Part shown: positions 1-8,264 of the stretch, one piece after another | How the letters are laid out: each line of letters begins with the position of its first letter | Position numbering within the stretch: the stretch's first letter is position 1 | Source of the DNA: a virus | Taxonomy: Duplodnaviria > Caudoviricetes | DNA length: 51,999 nt | IMG/VR virus record: IMGVR_UViG_3300031758_000112 | Location: 1-51,999 of that record | Direction: 5' to 3' (one strand) | Position numbers and translations under genes: made by a program | Notes under the pieces: model-generated | The model's database searches: none | Told to the model about the DNA's origin: nothing | The model's input: the letters and a program-made list of their open reading frames with translations, nothing else

Positions 1-2
1 TG

Positions 3-875
3 GGTCAAGCACTCGAAGATGGCACTAGCCTCGATGCTTGGCGCGTAGCCGCTGGCATGGATTGGAGAATCAAACGCGGTATCGTTCGCTACAACACTGA
101 CTTCGCCGGCGGACAGCTGGAGTTGCCAGAACAGCACGTTCTGTTCCGCTCTGACACAAAGAAGCCCCTCGGTGTTGTGTCTAGCCGCTACCAAGTTGTT
201 CAGCCCGGCGACGTTGTGGAATTCTTCCGCGACATTGCACGCGCTGGTGGCTTGGAACTCTCAGCAGCTGGCACCATCTACGGTGGCAAGCGCTTCTGGG
301 CAACAGCCAAGATCGGCGAAGCTGCTCCCACTTCGGTGGCAGACACGATCGGTGGCTACATCCTGATCAGCACAAGCGCTGACGGATCGCTGGCCACTGA
401 GGTGCGTCGCACCACTGTGCGCACTGTGTGCAAAAACACACTGGCCATGGCATTGGCTGACAAGTCGACGATCAAGGTTACTCACCGCTCTGTGTTCGAC
501 CCCGAGTCCGTTAAGGAATTCATGGGTCTGAACACTGCTGCTTGGGACGCCTTCCGTCACAACGTTGTCAAGCTGGCCAACATCGAGTTGCTCGAAGAAG
601 AGGCCGGCGAGATCACCGCCAACATCTTTGGCAACGGCGAGAAGGTCCGCGAAGCCGCCGGCTTCAAGAAGGTCCTGTCGTTGTTCAACGGTGCAGGCAT
701 GGGTGCTCAGATGGACGGTGTGATGGGTACACGTTGGGGCTTGCTCAACGCGTTCACAGAGTACGCTGACCACCACGCCCGTGCCCGCTCTGATGAGAAC
801 CGCTTCGTGGCTTCTCAGTGGGGCGCCGGTGCTGACCTCAAGCAGCGCGCTCTGGCTGCTTTGATGCCTGCTTGA
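3..875 (+). CDS. DUF932 / phage-plasmid TIGR03299-like protein (5' truncated)
   Basis: The frame is open back to base 3 (GQALEDGTSLDAWRVAAGMDW...). Motifs LGVVSSRYQVVQP, GGKRFW, TTVRTVCKNTL and GTRWGLLNAFTEYADH are typical of DUF932. Confidence 0.85.
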   Translation, partial: GQALEDGTSLDAWRVAAGMDWRIKRGIVRYNTDFAGGQLELPEQHVLFRSDTKKPLGVVSSRYQVVQPGDVVEFFRDIARAGGLELSAAGTIYGGKRFWATAKIGEAAPTSVADTIGGYILISTSADGSLATEVRRTTVRTVCKNTLAMALADKSTIKVTHRSVFDPESVKEFMGLNTAAWDAFRHNVVKLANIELLEEEAGEITANIFGNGEKVREAAGFKKVLSLFNGAGMGAQMDGVMGTRWGLLNAFTEYADHHARARSDENRFVASQWGAGADLKQRALAALMPA

Positions 876-947
876 TCGTAGCGTGTAGGGCACCCGCAAG
901 GGTGCTCTATGCAGTGCGATCGCACTACCGATCTGACCGGATGTCAG
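874..947 (+). promoter_or_regulatory. Long intergenic stem-loop with GCAA tetraloop plus a small hairpin before an RBS (possible RNA processing or stability element)
   Basis: 874-895 pairs with 900-921 (20 of 22 pairs including G-U). CTGAC/GTCAG hairpin at 933-947. AGGAGG follows. Confidence 0.5.
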
Positions 948-962
948 GACTCAGGAGGATTT

Positions 963-1133
963 ATGTTTACACCAGAAAACGTCAAGCTGTTCAAGCAGCA
1001 AGTCATCGACGGCGACCCCGCCTGCCCTTGGTACAAAGATGAGGCAACCATGTGGCTGTCAGACGTCACCGGCATGTCGGTCGACGACGCTAAGTTCGAC
1101 GCTTTGTATGAAAAGTTTTGGGATGCTGTATGA
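963..1133 (+). CDS. Hypothetical early protein (56 aa)
   Basis: ATG 963 follows AGGAGG. The ORF-track start at 909 lies inside the hairpin. Confidence 0.7.
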   Translation: MFTPENVKLFKQQVIDGDPACPWYKDEATMWLSDVTGMSVDDAKFDALYEKFWDAV

Positions 1134-1210
1134 ACTACGCATACGCAACCGTCTACGCCCTCGGGCTTATCGTCCTTTTTATGGACCTCATGGTATGGAG
1201 ACCTTTATGA
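1130..1210 (+). CDS. 26-aa hydrophobic peptide MNYAYATVYALGLIVLFMDLMVWRPL (not in ORF track)
   Basis: ATGA overlap with the upstream stop (1130-1133) and with the downstream start (1207-1210). Single TM-like stretch. Confidence 0.6.
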   Translation: MNYAYATVYALGLIVLFMDLMVWRPL

Positions 1211-1602
1211 AACACCAAACTCTTGACGAATTTTTACAATCAAACGGTTGGTCAGCCGGTTTAACTTTTAAGTTGGCTCAAACTGCTGAAAACCCGGACG
1301 TCAAGTACCTTGTTGCTTGGGACAACGCTGGCCAGCTGTCGGCTTCGGCCTACACAACCAAGCCTGATGAATGGCCCGAGACTGCGGTGGCTATCTGGTC
1401 CAAGGACAAAGACCTTGACCCTGCTACCAAATCACGAACCATGTTGGCTGTTGACCGGGTTGAGAAGGACGGCATGACGGTCTACGCTGCTGCCAAGGCT
1501 CTTGGCATCAACCAGTCCGCTATTCACCGCGCCATCAAACGTCGCGAAGACAAAGACATTTGCCCCCACTGCAACCAAGTAATCAGAAGTCAATCTGCCT
1601 AG
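1207..1602 (+). CDS. Putative DNA-binding protein with C-terminal HTH and CPHC knuckle
   Basis: GGAG RBS before ATG 1207. MTVYAAAKALGINQSAIHRAIKRR is HTH-like. Ends ICPHCNQ. Confidence 0.65.
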   Translation: MKHQTLDEFLQSNGWSAGLTFKLAQTAENPDVKYLVAWDNAGQLSASAYTTKPDEWPETAVAIWSKDKDLDPATKSRTMLAVDRVEKDGMTVYAAAKALGINQSAIHRAIKRREDKDICPHCNQVIRSQSA

Positions 1603-2044
1603 CTAACTTCCTCATGATGGCCGCCGCGATCTCCTGCTCCAAGCGGGTGATTTCGGCGGCCAATTTTGTTTCTGCTTCACCTTTTAGTTCTCTGCGGCCT
1701 GCGCCCTTGCAGTCCAAACAAATCTCATCACTCAGGACAGGCGTGCCCTTGATGATGCTGTAGCCCCTGCCATGGCACACGGTGCACACGTCCTTGGACA
1801 AGTGGTGCATCACGTTGTAGACCACCAGCTCGCCGTACCCCATCGCAATCAAAGCCTCTGCAATGCGAAACACTTCCCGTGTATCGCCCGCATAGCGCCA
1901 ACGCCAAATGGCCAGCCCCAGCGGGTTGCCTGCGCCAGCCATCCCACAAGCCCTCACCAAGTCGATGTCGCCAATCTCGTTGGTTGGGACCTCGCCCAAA
2001 TTCTTTGACACCTGCGCTTTTGTAATTCGTTCTTTAAACATCAC
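1583..2044 (-). CDS. Zinc-finger protein, lambda Q-like antiterminator / late regulator candidate
   Basis: Two CxxCxGxG motifs (CTVCHGRG, CLDCKGAG). Last gene of the leftward replication operon. Confidence 0.55.
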   Translation of the reverse strand: MMFKERITKAQVSKNLGEVPTNEIGDIDLVRACGMAGAGNPLGLAIWRWRYAGDTREVFRIAEALIAMGYGELVVYNVMHHLSKDVCTVCHGRGYSIIKGTPVLSDEICLDCKGAGRRELKGEAETKLAAEITRLEQEIAAAIMRKLARQIDF

Positions 2045-3354
2045 TTCCCCTTTGCTTCGTTGACCGCGTCAATCAGTGCCTGCTGCATGTTGCCCTTGCT
2101 TGCAAGCACCGCCATGATTCTTTCGTCGATTGTGCCAACGGACACAAGGTGGTGCACGACAACCTCGTTCTTTTGGCCAGACCTGTGAAGCCTTGCATTG
2201 GCCTGCTCGTACAGGTCCAAGCTGAAAGGCAGGCCAAACCAAACAGCCACATTGCCGCCCACCTGAAGGCCGTCTACGCCGTGCCCGCCACTGGCCGGGT
2301 GCATCACCATCAACTTGATCTCTCCGGCCTGCCAGCGGGCCAATGAGGCCTCGCCGTCAAACTGCACCGCGTCCGGGAACCTTGCCTTGATCCGGTCCAT
2401 GTCATGCACGTATGCAGTAAAGCAAAGAACCGGCTCGCCCTGATCTACGATCTCTTCGAGTGCGTCCAGCTTGGCATCATGTATTGGGTGCACCTGCCGG
2501 TTGTCGTCGTACACCGCGCCGTTGGCCATCTGCCCCAGCTTGCCGGCCAGCACCGCTGCGTTGACCGCCATCACGTTGCCGCTCACCATGGTTGCTTCCA
2601 TGTCCCGGTATCGCTTCATGTCAAACGTCACTTGGACCACGTTGTCGATGCGCTCCGGCATCTCAACGCCGCTGTCCACGCTGACCATCACATCCCTCAC
2701 CGCCTCTTGGATCTCCTGCCTTGCACCCTTCCTGAGCTTCCAGCTGTAGATCGTTTGGCCATTGCGTTTGTCTGGCACGTACCACTTGTCCCGGTACTTG
2801 GTGATCCCGGTGCCCAGTCTTTTGCCGTTGTCCATGATGCTGATCTGGGCCCACAGGTCCAACAAATCGCCGTTGGGGTCTGGCGTGCCGGTCAGGATGT
2901 ACAGCTTCTGAATCTGATTGCGCACTGACTTCAGTGCCTGCCACGCCTTGCTGCCCCGGTCCTTGAACCCTCTGTTCTCGTCGATCACCACGCACTCAAA
3001 CGGCCATGGCTCTTTGCTCTCTTTGACCAAGGCCACCAGCCAAGTAAAGTTTTCTCGGTTGATCACGTACACGTCAGCTTCCATCAACAACCCCTCTGCT
3101 CGTTGCTTAAGAGGGCCTAGGACCTTCGATACGCGTAAGCCTGATAGGTGGTCCCACTTAGCCGCTTCCGTGTGCCACACGAGCTCTGCGACCCGTTTAG
3201 GCGCCACCACAAGGGTCTTCAAACCCAGCCTTTGGACAGCGGTCAAGGTTGCCACCGTCTTCCCGGCACCCATGCGAAGCGCGATCAGCTGGTAGGTCTC
3301 GTCCAGCATCCTTTGAATCGTCACGGCTTGCGCCGGTCTAGCGGAAAATTTCAT
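2041..3354 (-). CDS. SNF2-family (SF2) phage helicase
   Basis: Motif I MGAGKT, VVAPKRVA, motif II VVIDE, motif III LTGTP, HPASGGHG, motif VI QANARLHRSGQ. Confidence 0.9.
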   Translation of the reverse strand: MKFSARPAQAVTIQRMLDETYQLIALRMGAGKTVATLTAVQRLGLKTLVVAPKRVAELVWHTEAAKWDHLSGLRVSKVLGPLKQRAEGLLMEADVYVINRENFTWLVALVKESKEPWPFECVVIDENRGFKDRGSKAWQALKSVRNQIQKLYILTGTPDPNGDLLDLWAQISIMDNGKRLGTGITKYRDKWYVPDKRNGQTIYSWKLRKGARQEIQEAVRDVMVSVDSGVEMPERIDNVVQVTFDMKRYRDMEATMVSGNVMAVNAAVLAGKLGQMANGAVYDDNRQVHPIHDAKLDALEEIVDQGEPVLCFTAYVHDMDRIKARFPDAVQFDGEASLARWQAGEIKLMVMHPASGGHGVDGLQVGGNVAVWFGLPFSLDLYEQANARLHRSGQKNEVVVHHLVSVGTIDERIMAVLASKGNMQQALIDAVNEAKGK

Positions 3355-3604
3355 CTACCTTCTCCATCGAGTCGACCACGCGCACATCGGCGCCCAGCCC
3401 CCTCAGTATTTCAATGATCCGGTCCTGAAGCGCTGTTGGCTTTTCGCCCGGCCGCTTCAGTTCCACAAAAATAATCTTGCCCCCCGGCAAAAAAACAATC
3501 CGGTCAGGCACCCCGCTCATGGACGGCGACACCCACTTGGCCGCCAGCCCACCCGCCTCTTTGGCCCTCTTCTTCAACCGCTCCTCAATTTTCTTCTCCA
3601 ACAT
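3338..3604 (-). CDS. VRR-NUC domain nuclease
   Basis: EKKIE...GVPDRIV...FVELKRPGEKPTALQ is the PD-(D/E)xK VRR-NUC signature. It sits next to the SNF2 helicase. Confidence 0.9.
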   Translation of the reverse strand: MLEKKIEERLKKRAKEAGGLAAKWVSPSMSGVPDRIVFLPGGKIIFVELKRPGEKPTALQDRIIEILRGLGADVRVVDSMEKVDEIFR

Positions 3605-3617
3605 CTTTTTCCAGTCT

Positions 3618-3835
3618 CAGGGTAATAGGGCATTACAGGGCAATTGATTTCCTATATATACCTCTGGCAAACACTATCATTTGCCACAACTGTCAACTAT
3701 CATCTTCCCAAAATATGTATATCTTTTTCTATTACCCTTATTACCCTAACTACTATATTCTTTAATGATTTCAAAGACTTAAGTCAGGGTAATAGGACAG
3801 GGTAATAGGCAGGGTAATAGACCCCCTTTACCCTG
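3618..3835. repeat. Iteron-like array of (C)AGGGTAAT(AG) in both orientations around an AT-rich core; putative replication origin
   Basis: Direct copies at 3618, 3785, 3798 and 3810, a degenerate copy at 3636, inverted copies at 3729, 3739 and 3828. Non-coding AT-rich gap directly downstream of the primase-helicase gene. Confidence 0.75.
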
Positions 3836-6143
3836 TAAATTCAGGCTCATCGGCAGGAACCAAGAAAACGACACGGCCATTTGTTTTTTTGCGCTGACCG
3901 CCGTTCAACTTTTTTAATGCCCTGCCGGCCGCAATCGTCTGCCCTTTTGACGGATCCCGCACACCAATCTTCATCAGCGCATCGGTTGCCGTCACCCACA
4001 AATCGTTTCCAAGCCCAAATTCCGACCAGCTAAATGCGGCCGCCAAGCGTTCCTCGATCGGATCAGCCACGGTGAACTCCTCGTTGTGTATGTTCAATTC
4101 GCCCATCTCTTGCATGTTCAAGGCCCAGTTTTCGCCGCTTGCCCACAACCCCTTCACTTCGGCCCAAAGCTGCTGCATATCAATACCGCTGTCCAAATTG
4201 AACCCGTCAACCTCGATCGACCAGAACCTGCGGTTGCCGGTCGGGTCATTCAGGTATTGGGATTCGTTGACCGTTCCGCCAAACACGGTGCGTCGTCCAA
4301 AGTTCGATTCGGTCGCAGCGTATGGCCGGCGCAGCTTGTCCATGGCCTGTGTCGTGAATGACTTGAGCGCGCTGATCTCGGACTTTGAGAAAGTCGCGTC
4401 AAGCTCACCCAGCTCCACGATCCAGTAGGACAGGGCAATGAAGATCGAGTCCTTGGACCTCATGTCCAGCGTGTGGCCTGTCAGGATTGCGTCAAGGTGG
4501 GCCGGCGCCAGCCTCTGGAACCAAGTTGTCTTGCCAATGTTCTGCGGTCCAACAAAGGTCAGGATGCCTTGGCCAGCGATCCCGTCAGGGCTGAAGGCCG
4601 CAGCCACTGCTTGAATGAGCCACTTGCGCATGAGCTTGCGCTTCATCTTCTCACCGCCGGCCGGCACCCGCACCGTGGCGTAAAAGTCATCGAGCCGCGA
4701 CACGCCGTCCCACGCCGAGCTGTCGATCCACGTCGCCACAGGGTTGTATTGGTTCTTGTCTGCAAGCGTGATCAGGAATTGGGCAACATGCTTGGTCGGC
4801 ATGCGCACGGTCTCGCACTCAGACAGGACGTGGGCTATGGCCGCGTTGTCCCGGTTGTCCCGTGTGAATGCGCTCCCCGGTATGAGCAGCTCGATGGCCT
4901 TCTTGATCACGTTGTATCGGACCCCATACCCCAGCTTGTCCATCAGCACGTAGAAGTTGGGCAAGGTGCACAGAGGGTAGCCGTCGTCGTTCAGGTTGAC
5001 AAAGCCGCCCGAGACCTTGACCCTCGCCCGAACCCACCCCCGGACAGTTGACAGTGGCAGTTTCGTGCCAAGGTCTTTGGCCCGCAGCTGGATCGCGACA
5101 GCGATCTGTTCGCGTTCCACGTCCGATATTTCGGCAGTGTGTGCGATGCCGGCAGCAATCTTTTCTTGCAGGTGGCGCACGTCAGTGCACGCGTCCACCA
5201 TGTCCATCACCGCAGCCAGAGCCACGTCGCGCTTGTCGAGCTTGGCCACTTCGCGTTTGTCTTTAGTGATGTGCAGCAGCGAGGCCAGCGTCACTGCCCC
5301 GCGCCCACCGGCCCTCTGCTGGCTAAAGCTGTCCCACTTCGACGCGCAGTAGCCCTCGATCCACTTGCCGGATGCAGCAGACCAGTTGTCCCAAGCATCA
5401 AGCCACTCCGGGTCACCGCCGCCTTGATGGTGCAATGCAGCACCCACCTTGAGCCAGTCACCGTAGCCAACGTCAGGGTCAAGGTGCACGAGCACTTCGT
5501 CGACCACGCGGTCAAGCTCCCACCCGTCGAGCGTGGACTTCAAGTTAGCGAAGGCGTCCTCGCCGGCGTCAGCGCCAGCGCTGAGCGCCTCGCCCCACAC
5601 CTTCTCGACCATCCAGCCTAGGTCCTGCGGCAGCATGGGCATCGACGCGTGTCCGTTGATCGCGTGGCCAGTCACTGTGAAATACCGGCCGTCTTTGTAC
5701 AGCTCAACGCCAGCCTCTTTTTTGGTGCGACTGCCATCAAGGTTGGTGGTCGTAAAGATCTTCAAGCCAGTGCCAGACGGCGACACTTCGGCGTAGCCTT
5801 CTACGCGGTCGAGTGTTTCTTGGGCAAGCTCACTCAGTGAGCCTGTGACCGGGTCGCGGCAGTCGTCTAGGTCGATGCCATGCAGAGTGCCGCCAAGCAC
5901 AATGCCGATGCCGTCGTAATCGCCCAGCAGGTATTCGTCTACGGCTGCACCGAACGACACCCACGTAGCTGCATCGGTCGAGCTGCCTGCGCCGCCCTTG
6001 GCAGAGAGCGGCATCTTGGCCCAGACCTTGTCGCCGTTGGGCTTGCTGCGCTGCACGTTCTTCCAAAGGACCCAGCGGTCCATCGCTTGCAGGTCGCGGG
6101 GTATGTTGTCTAAGCTAAGCGCCAGTACGTTGGGGCGAGTCAT
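3828..6143 (-). CDS. Primase-helicase: N-terminal AEP primase/polymerase, PriCT-2 domain, C-terminal VapE/VirE-type P-loop ATPase
   Basis: GIDLDDC and EVSPSGTGLKIF (AEP). YGDWLKVGAALH...WDNWS...KWDSF (PriCT-2). GPQNIGKT Walker A, WIVELGELD Walker B, DPTGNRRF. Confidence 0.88.
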   Translation of the reverse strand: MTRPNVLALSLDNIPRDLQAMDRWVLWKNVQRSKPNGDKVWAKMPLSAKGGAGSSTDAATWVSFGAAVDEYLLGDYDGIGIVLGGTLHGIDLDDCRDPVTGSLSELAQETLDRVEGYAEVSPSGTGLKIFTTTNLDGSRTKKEAGVELYKDGRYFTVTGHAINGHASMPMLPQDLGWMVEKVWGEALSAGADAGEDAFANLKSTLDGWELDRVVDEVLVHLDPDVGYGDWLKVGAALHHQGGGDPEWLDAWDNWSAASGKWIEGYCASKWDSFSQQRAGGRGAVTLASLLHITKDKREVAKLDKRDVALAAVMDMVDACTDVRHLQEKIAAGIAHTAEISDVEREQIAVAIQLRAKDLGTKLPLSTVRGWVRARVKVSGGFVNLNDDGYPLCTLPNFYVLMDKLGYGVRYNVIKKAIELLIPGSAFTRDNRDNAAIAHVLSECETVRMPTKHVAQFLITLADKNQYNPVATWIDSSAWDGVSRLDDFYATVRVPAGGEKMKRKLMRKWLIQAVAAAFSPDGIAGQGILTFVGPQNIGKTTWFQRLAPAHLDAILTGHTLDMRSKDSIFIALSYWIVELGELDATFSKSEISALKSFTTQAMDKLRRPYAATESNFGRRTVFGGTVNESQYLNDPTGNRRFWSIEVDGFNLDSGIDMQQLWAEVKGLWASGENWALNMQEMGELNIHNEEFTVADPIEERLAAAFSWSEFGLGNDLWVTATDALMKIGVRDPSKGQTIAAGRALKKLNGGQRKKTNGRVVFLVPADEPEFTG

Positions 6144-6325
6144 GATTTGTCACCCCGCTGTGCCGCAAGCGCTTGCAGCATTGCTTTGCGCATGCCGTTG
6201 TAGCTGTCGGACTGAATCAACGCCGCAATGATGGCGCCTTGGTGTTCTTCGTCAATGTCAAGGTCATCCACTGCTTGAACGCAGTCGGCAATAAGATCTC
6301 TGAAATACTCTGATCGCGAGTTCAT
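6140..6325 (-). CDS. Hypothetical protein
   Basis: AGGAG RBS before ATG 6325. The stop overlaps the primase start. Confidence 0.65.
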   Translation of the reverse strand: MNSRSEYFRDLIADCVQAVDDLDIDEEHQGAIIAALIQSDSYNGMRKAMLQALAAQRGDKS

Positions 6326-6366
6326 GCTATCTCCTGAATGCAACACCGGCATCCGGCCGGCTCGGT

Positions 6367-6561
6367 TTAATTTGGCAGATCGCTGATAGGCAACATGTGC
6401 AAAAGAGCGCGTTGCACCTGTGTGTAAAAAGCGTTGACCGCTTCGTCGTCACACGAGATGAACACGCGCACACCGTCTTCTTCGATGTCAAACACTAACT
6501 CGTCCCCTTCAACAATTGCACGCATTGCTTCCAAGGACAAGGCCAATCTAAGTTCTATCAC
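6367..6561 (-). CDS. Hypothetical protein
   Basis: ORF coupled to the Cro-like gene (4-nt overlap). Confidence 0.55.
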   Translation of the reverse strand: MIELRLALSLEAMRAIVEGDELVFDIEEDGVRVFISCDDEAVNAFYTQVQRALLHMLPISDLPN

Positions 6562-6779
6562 CGGCGTCCCTTAAGGGCGTCCCAGTCAATGTCTGGCCTC
6601 ATGTCTTCGGCACGCAGGCCGAGGCGCAGTAGGCGCGAGACGCGTACCAGCTCAGGCACGCGCGCCATTGGTATGCGGTTCTTGCTGGCCCACAGTGACA
6701 CCGCTTGAGAGCGAATGCCAAGGTAGTGGGCTAGGTTGACAGGGCCGCCAAAGCGGCTGATGATTTCACTTGTGGTCAT
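6558..6779 (-). CDS. Cro/YdaS-like HTH transcriptional regulator
   Basis: FGGPVNLAHYLGIRSQAVSLW...IP...LRAEDMRPDIDW matches the Cro/YdaS pattern. First gene after the divergent promoter. Confidence 0.8.
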   Translation of the reverse strand: MTTSEIISRFGGPVNLAHYLGIRSQAVSLWASKNRIPMARVPELVRVSRLLRLGLRAEDMRPDIDWDALKGRR

Positions 6780-6860
6780 GGGCTGCCATGATAGCGTTGT
6801 TTACATGTAACATGCAATAAATTTATTTTTTTCACAATTCTATGAAAGCGGTGCTATCAT
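6780..6860. promoter_or_regulatory. Divergent sigma70-like promoter pair with operator-like palindromes
   Basis: Rightward: TTCACA(6831)-18-TATCAT(6855) with an extended TG. Leftward (minus strand): TTGCAT-18-TATCAT, spanning about 6789-6818. Palindromes TTACATGTAA (6801-6810) and AATAAATTTATT. Confidence 0.65.
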
Positions 6861-6891
6861 GACCGCTCTAAACCAACCTAAAGGACTAAGC

Positions 6892-7230
6892 ATGATTACT
6901 ATCACATTCAACCCGCAGAACGCGGACCAAGTTCAGATTTTGGCTTGGGCCATGACCAAGCTCTTAGAGCCAACGGCCGATGAGCCAGCAGTCAAAGAAG
7001 AAGCGCCAGCAAAGAAACCCAAAGCAGTCAAGGCTGCACCCGTTGTTGAGCCAGAGGCGCCAGCTGCTGCCCCGGCGGTTACGCTTGAGGAAGTGCGCGC
7101 CAAGCTGGTGGCCTACAAAGAAAAAGGCAAGTCACTCAAGGACTTGTTTGAGACTGTCGGCTGCGCTAACCTCAGCGCCGTGCCGGCTGAGCGCTACGTT
7201 GAGCTGCTGGCCAACATAGACAAGTCTTAA
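6892..7230 (+). CDS. Phage protein of the family usually found upstream of DUF2800/DUF2815/PolA (often mislabelled rrp5-like)
   Basis: AAGGA RBS before ATG 6892. Ala/Pro/Glu linker, then VTLEEVRAKL...LSAVPAERYVELL. Confidence 0.65.
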   Translation: MITITFNPQNADQVQILAWAMTKLLEPTADEPAVKEEAPAKKPKAVKAAPVVEPEAPAAAPAVTLEEVRAKLVAYKEKGKSLKDLFETVGCANLSAVPAERYVELLANIDKS

Positions 7231-7241
7231 GCGGAGGGGTT

Positions 7242-7472
7242 ATGAAAGAACACTTCTGTTTAGTAGAGCAATCCGTCATTGCCTATCAAGGCCAATGCAA
7301 TTGGTGCGATGAAAAAGAATCGACGCAACCACAGCACGCATGGGTAGGGCTGACGGAGGATGACGCGCTTCATCTATTACCAATAATGCCGTACAAGTAC
7401 GAAGTTGATGTTGAAATGGTTGTTGAATTTGCCAAAGCCATCGAAGCCAAGTTGAAGGAGCTCAACACATGA
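7242..7472 (+). CDS. Hypothetical phage protein
   Basis: GGAGG RBS. WVGLTEDD...FAKAIEAKLKELN motif is common in small phage proteins. Confidence 0.7.
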   Translation: MKEHFCLVEQSVIAYQGQCNWCDEKESTQPQHAWVGLTEDDALHLLPIMPYKYEVDVEMVVEFAKAIEAKLKELNT

Positions 7473-7690
7473 ACTTTCGAGAGACAACAATCAAATACAT
7501 CAAAGACATTCTTCGAGCGAAGACTATTTCCGAGGTGATTCAAGTAGAGTTGCAGGAGGCGTATCTACGTAAGTTGGAAGCTGAGACTGCCGCCGAGTAC
7601 GCCCACGCAGCCATGCAATACAACGAAGAGCGCATTGCACGATTGCAGAAGCGGCTGGCGCAACACGCGGGGGAGGACAGGCATGATTGA
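7469..7690 (+). CDS. Hypothetical protein (coiled coil)
   Basis: ATGA-coupled ORF within the operon. Confidence 0.65.
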   Translation: MNFRETTIKYIKDILRAKTISEVIQVELQEAYLRKLEAETAAEYAHAAMQYNEERIARLQKRLAQHAGEDRHD

Positions 7691-7883
7691 CCGACTCATT
7701 ATCAGTGCTGTGCTAGGCACAGTGGGGTTTAACGGCCTGTTCCCCGACCCGCCACCGCCGCTGACACCGGCACGGTTACAAGCACAAGCAAAAGAAAAAT
7801 CCATTAGCGCCATGTGCGACAAGGGGCCAAAGAGCAAGGAAGTAAAAGAGTTGTGCAGACGTTGGAGGAAACACAATGCTTGA
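7683..7883 (+). CDS. Hypothetical protein with hydrophobic N-terminus
   Basis: GGAGG RBS before ATG 7683 (MIDRLIISAVLG...). Confidence 0.55.
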   Translation: MIDRLIISAVLGTVGFNGLFPDPPPPLTPARLQAQAKEKSISAMCDKGPKSKEVKELCRRWRKHNA

Positions 7884-8088
7884 ACGTATAAGAACCTTCT
7901 TTGGAAGAACTAAAAACAAATCAACGATTGTTGCTCAGGGGTCGGCGTGGTATTGCACAGACTGTGGTCTGGTGTTTTTAACCCAACGCGCTGGCGACCA
8001 ACACAGTTGTGAATATCATTTTCAAGATGCAATAGTAAAGATCAGAAAAGATGCCGAGACCAATAAGTATGGGGAGATAAACAATTGA
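7876..8088 (+). CDS. Small zinc-finger-like protein
   Basis: GGAGG RBS. WYCTDCGLVF...HSC. Confidence 0.55.
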   Translation: MLERIRTFFGRTKNKSTIVAQGSAWYCTDCGLVFLTQRAGDQHSCEYHFQDAIVKIRKDAETNKYGEINN

Positions 8089-8264
8089 AGTGCCCGATCT
8101 GCAATGTTTGGACCAGCGTGCTTGACACGCGAAACAAAAGAGACGTTACTGTACGCCGCCGCAAGTGTGCGAACGAACATATATTTATAACCGAAGAGCG
8201 GGTTACAGCGCCCAAGACAAAGGAAAAAGATGAGCTATCTAATTGCATCACTGCCACCGATTAA
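8085..8264 (+). CDS. NrdR N-terminal-like zinc-ribbon protein, 59 aa (not in ORF track)
   Basis: TTG start overlapping the upstream TGA, with GGGGAG RBS. MKCPICNVWTSVLDTR...VRRRKCANEHIFITEE resembles the NrdR Zn-ribbon (CPxC..VxDSR..RRRxC..FTTxE). No ATP cone. Confidence 0.7.
   Translation: MKCPICNVWTSVLDTRNKRDVTVRRRKCANEHIFITEERVTAPKTKEKDELSNCITATD

Noticed and set aside
909-1206. ORF-track starts at 909 and 1039
   Set aside because: RBS positions and ATGA coupling support starts at 963, 1130 and 1207.
3618-3835. Repeats as a CRISPR array
   Set aside because: Units are 8-12 bp, in both orientations, with irregular spacing. The Cas4-like DUF2800 gene is a normal replication-module nuclease.
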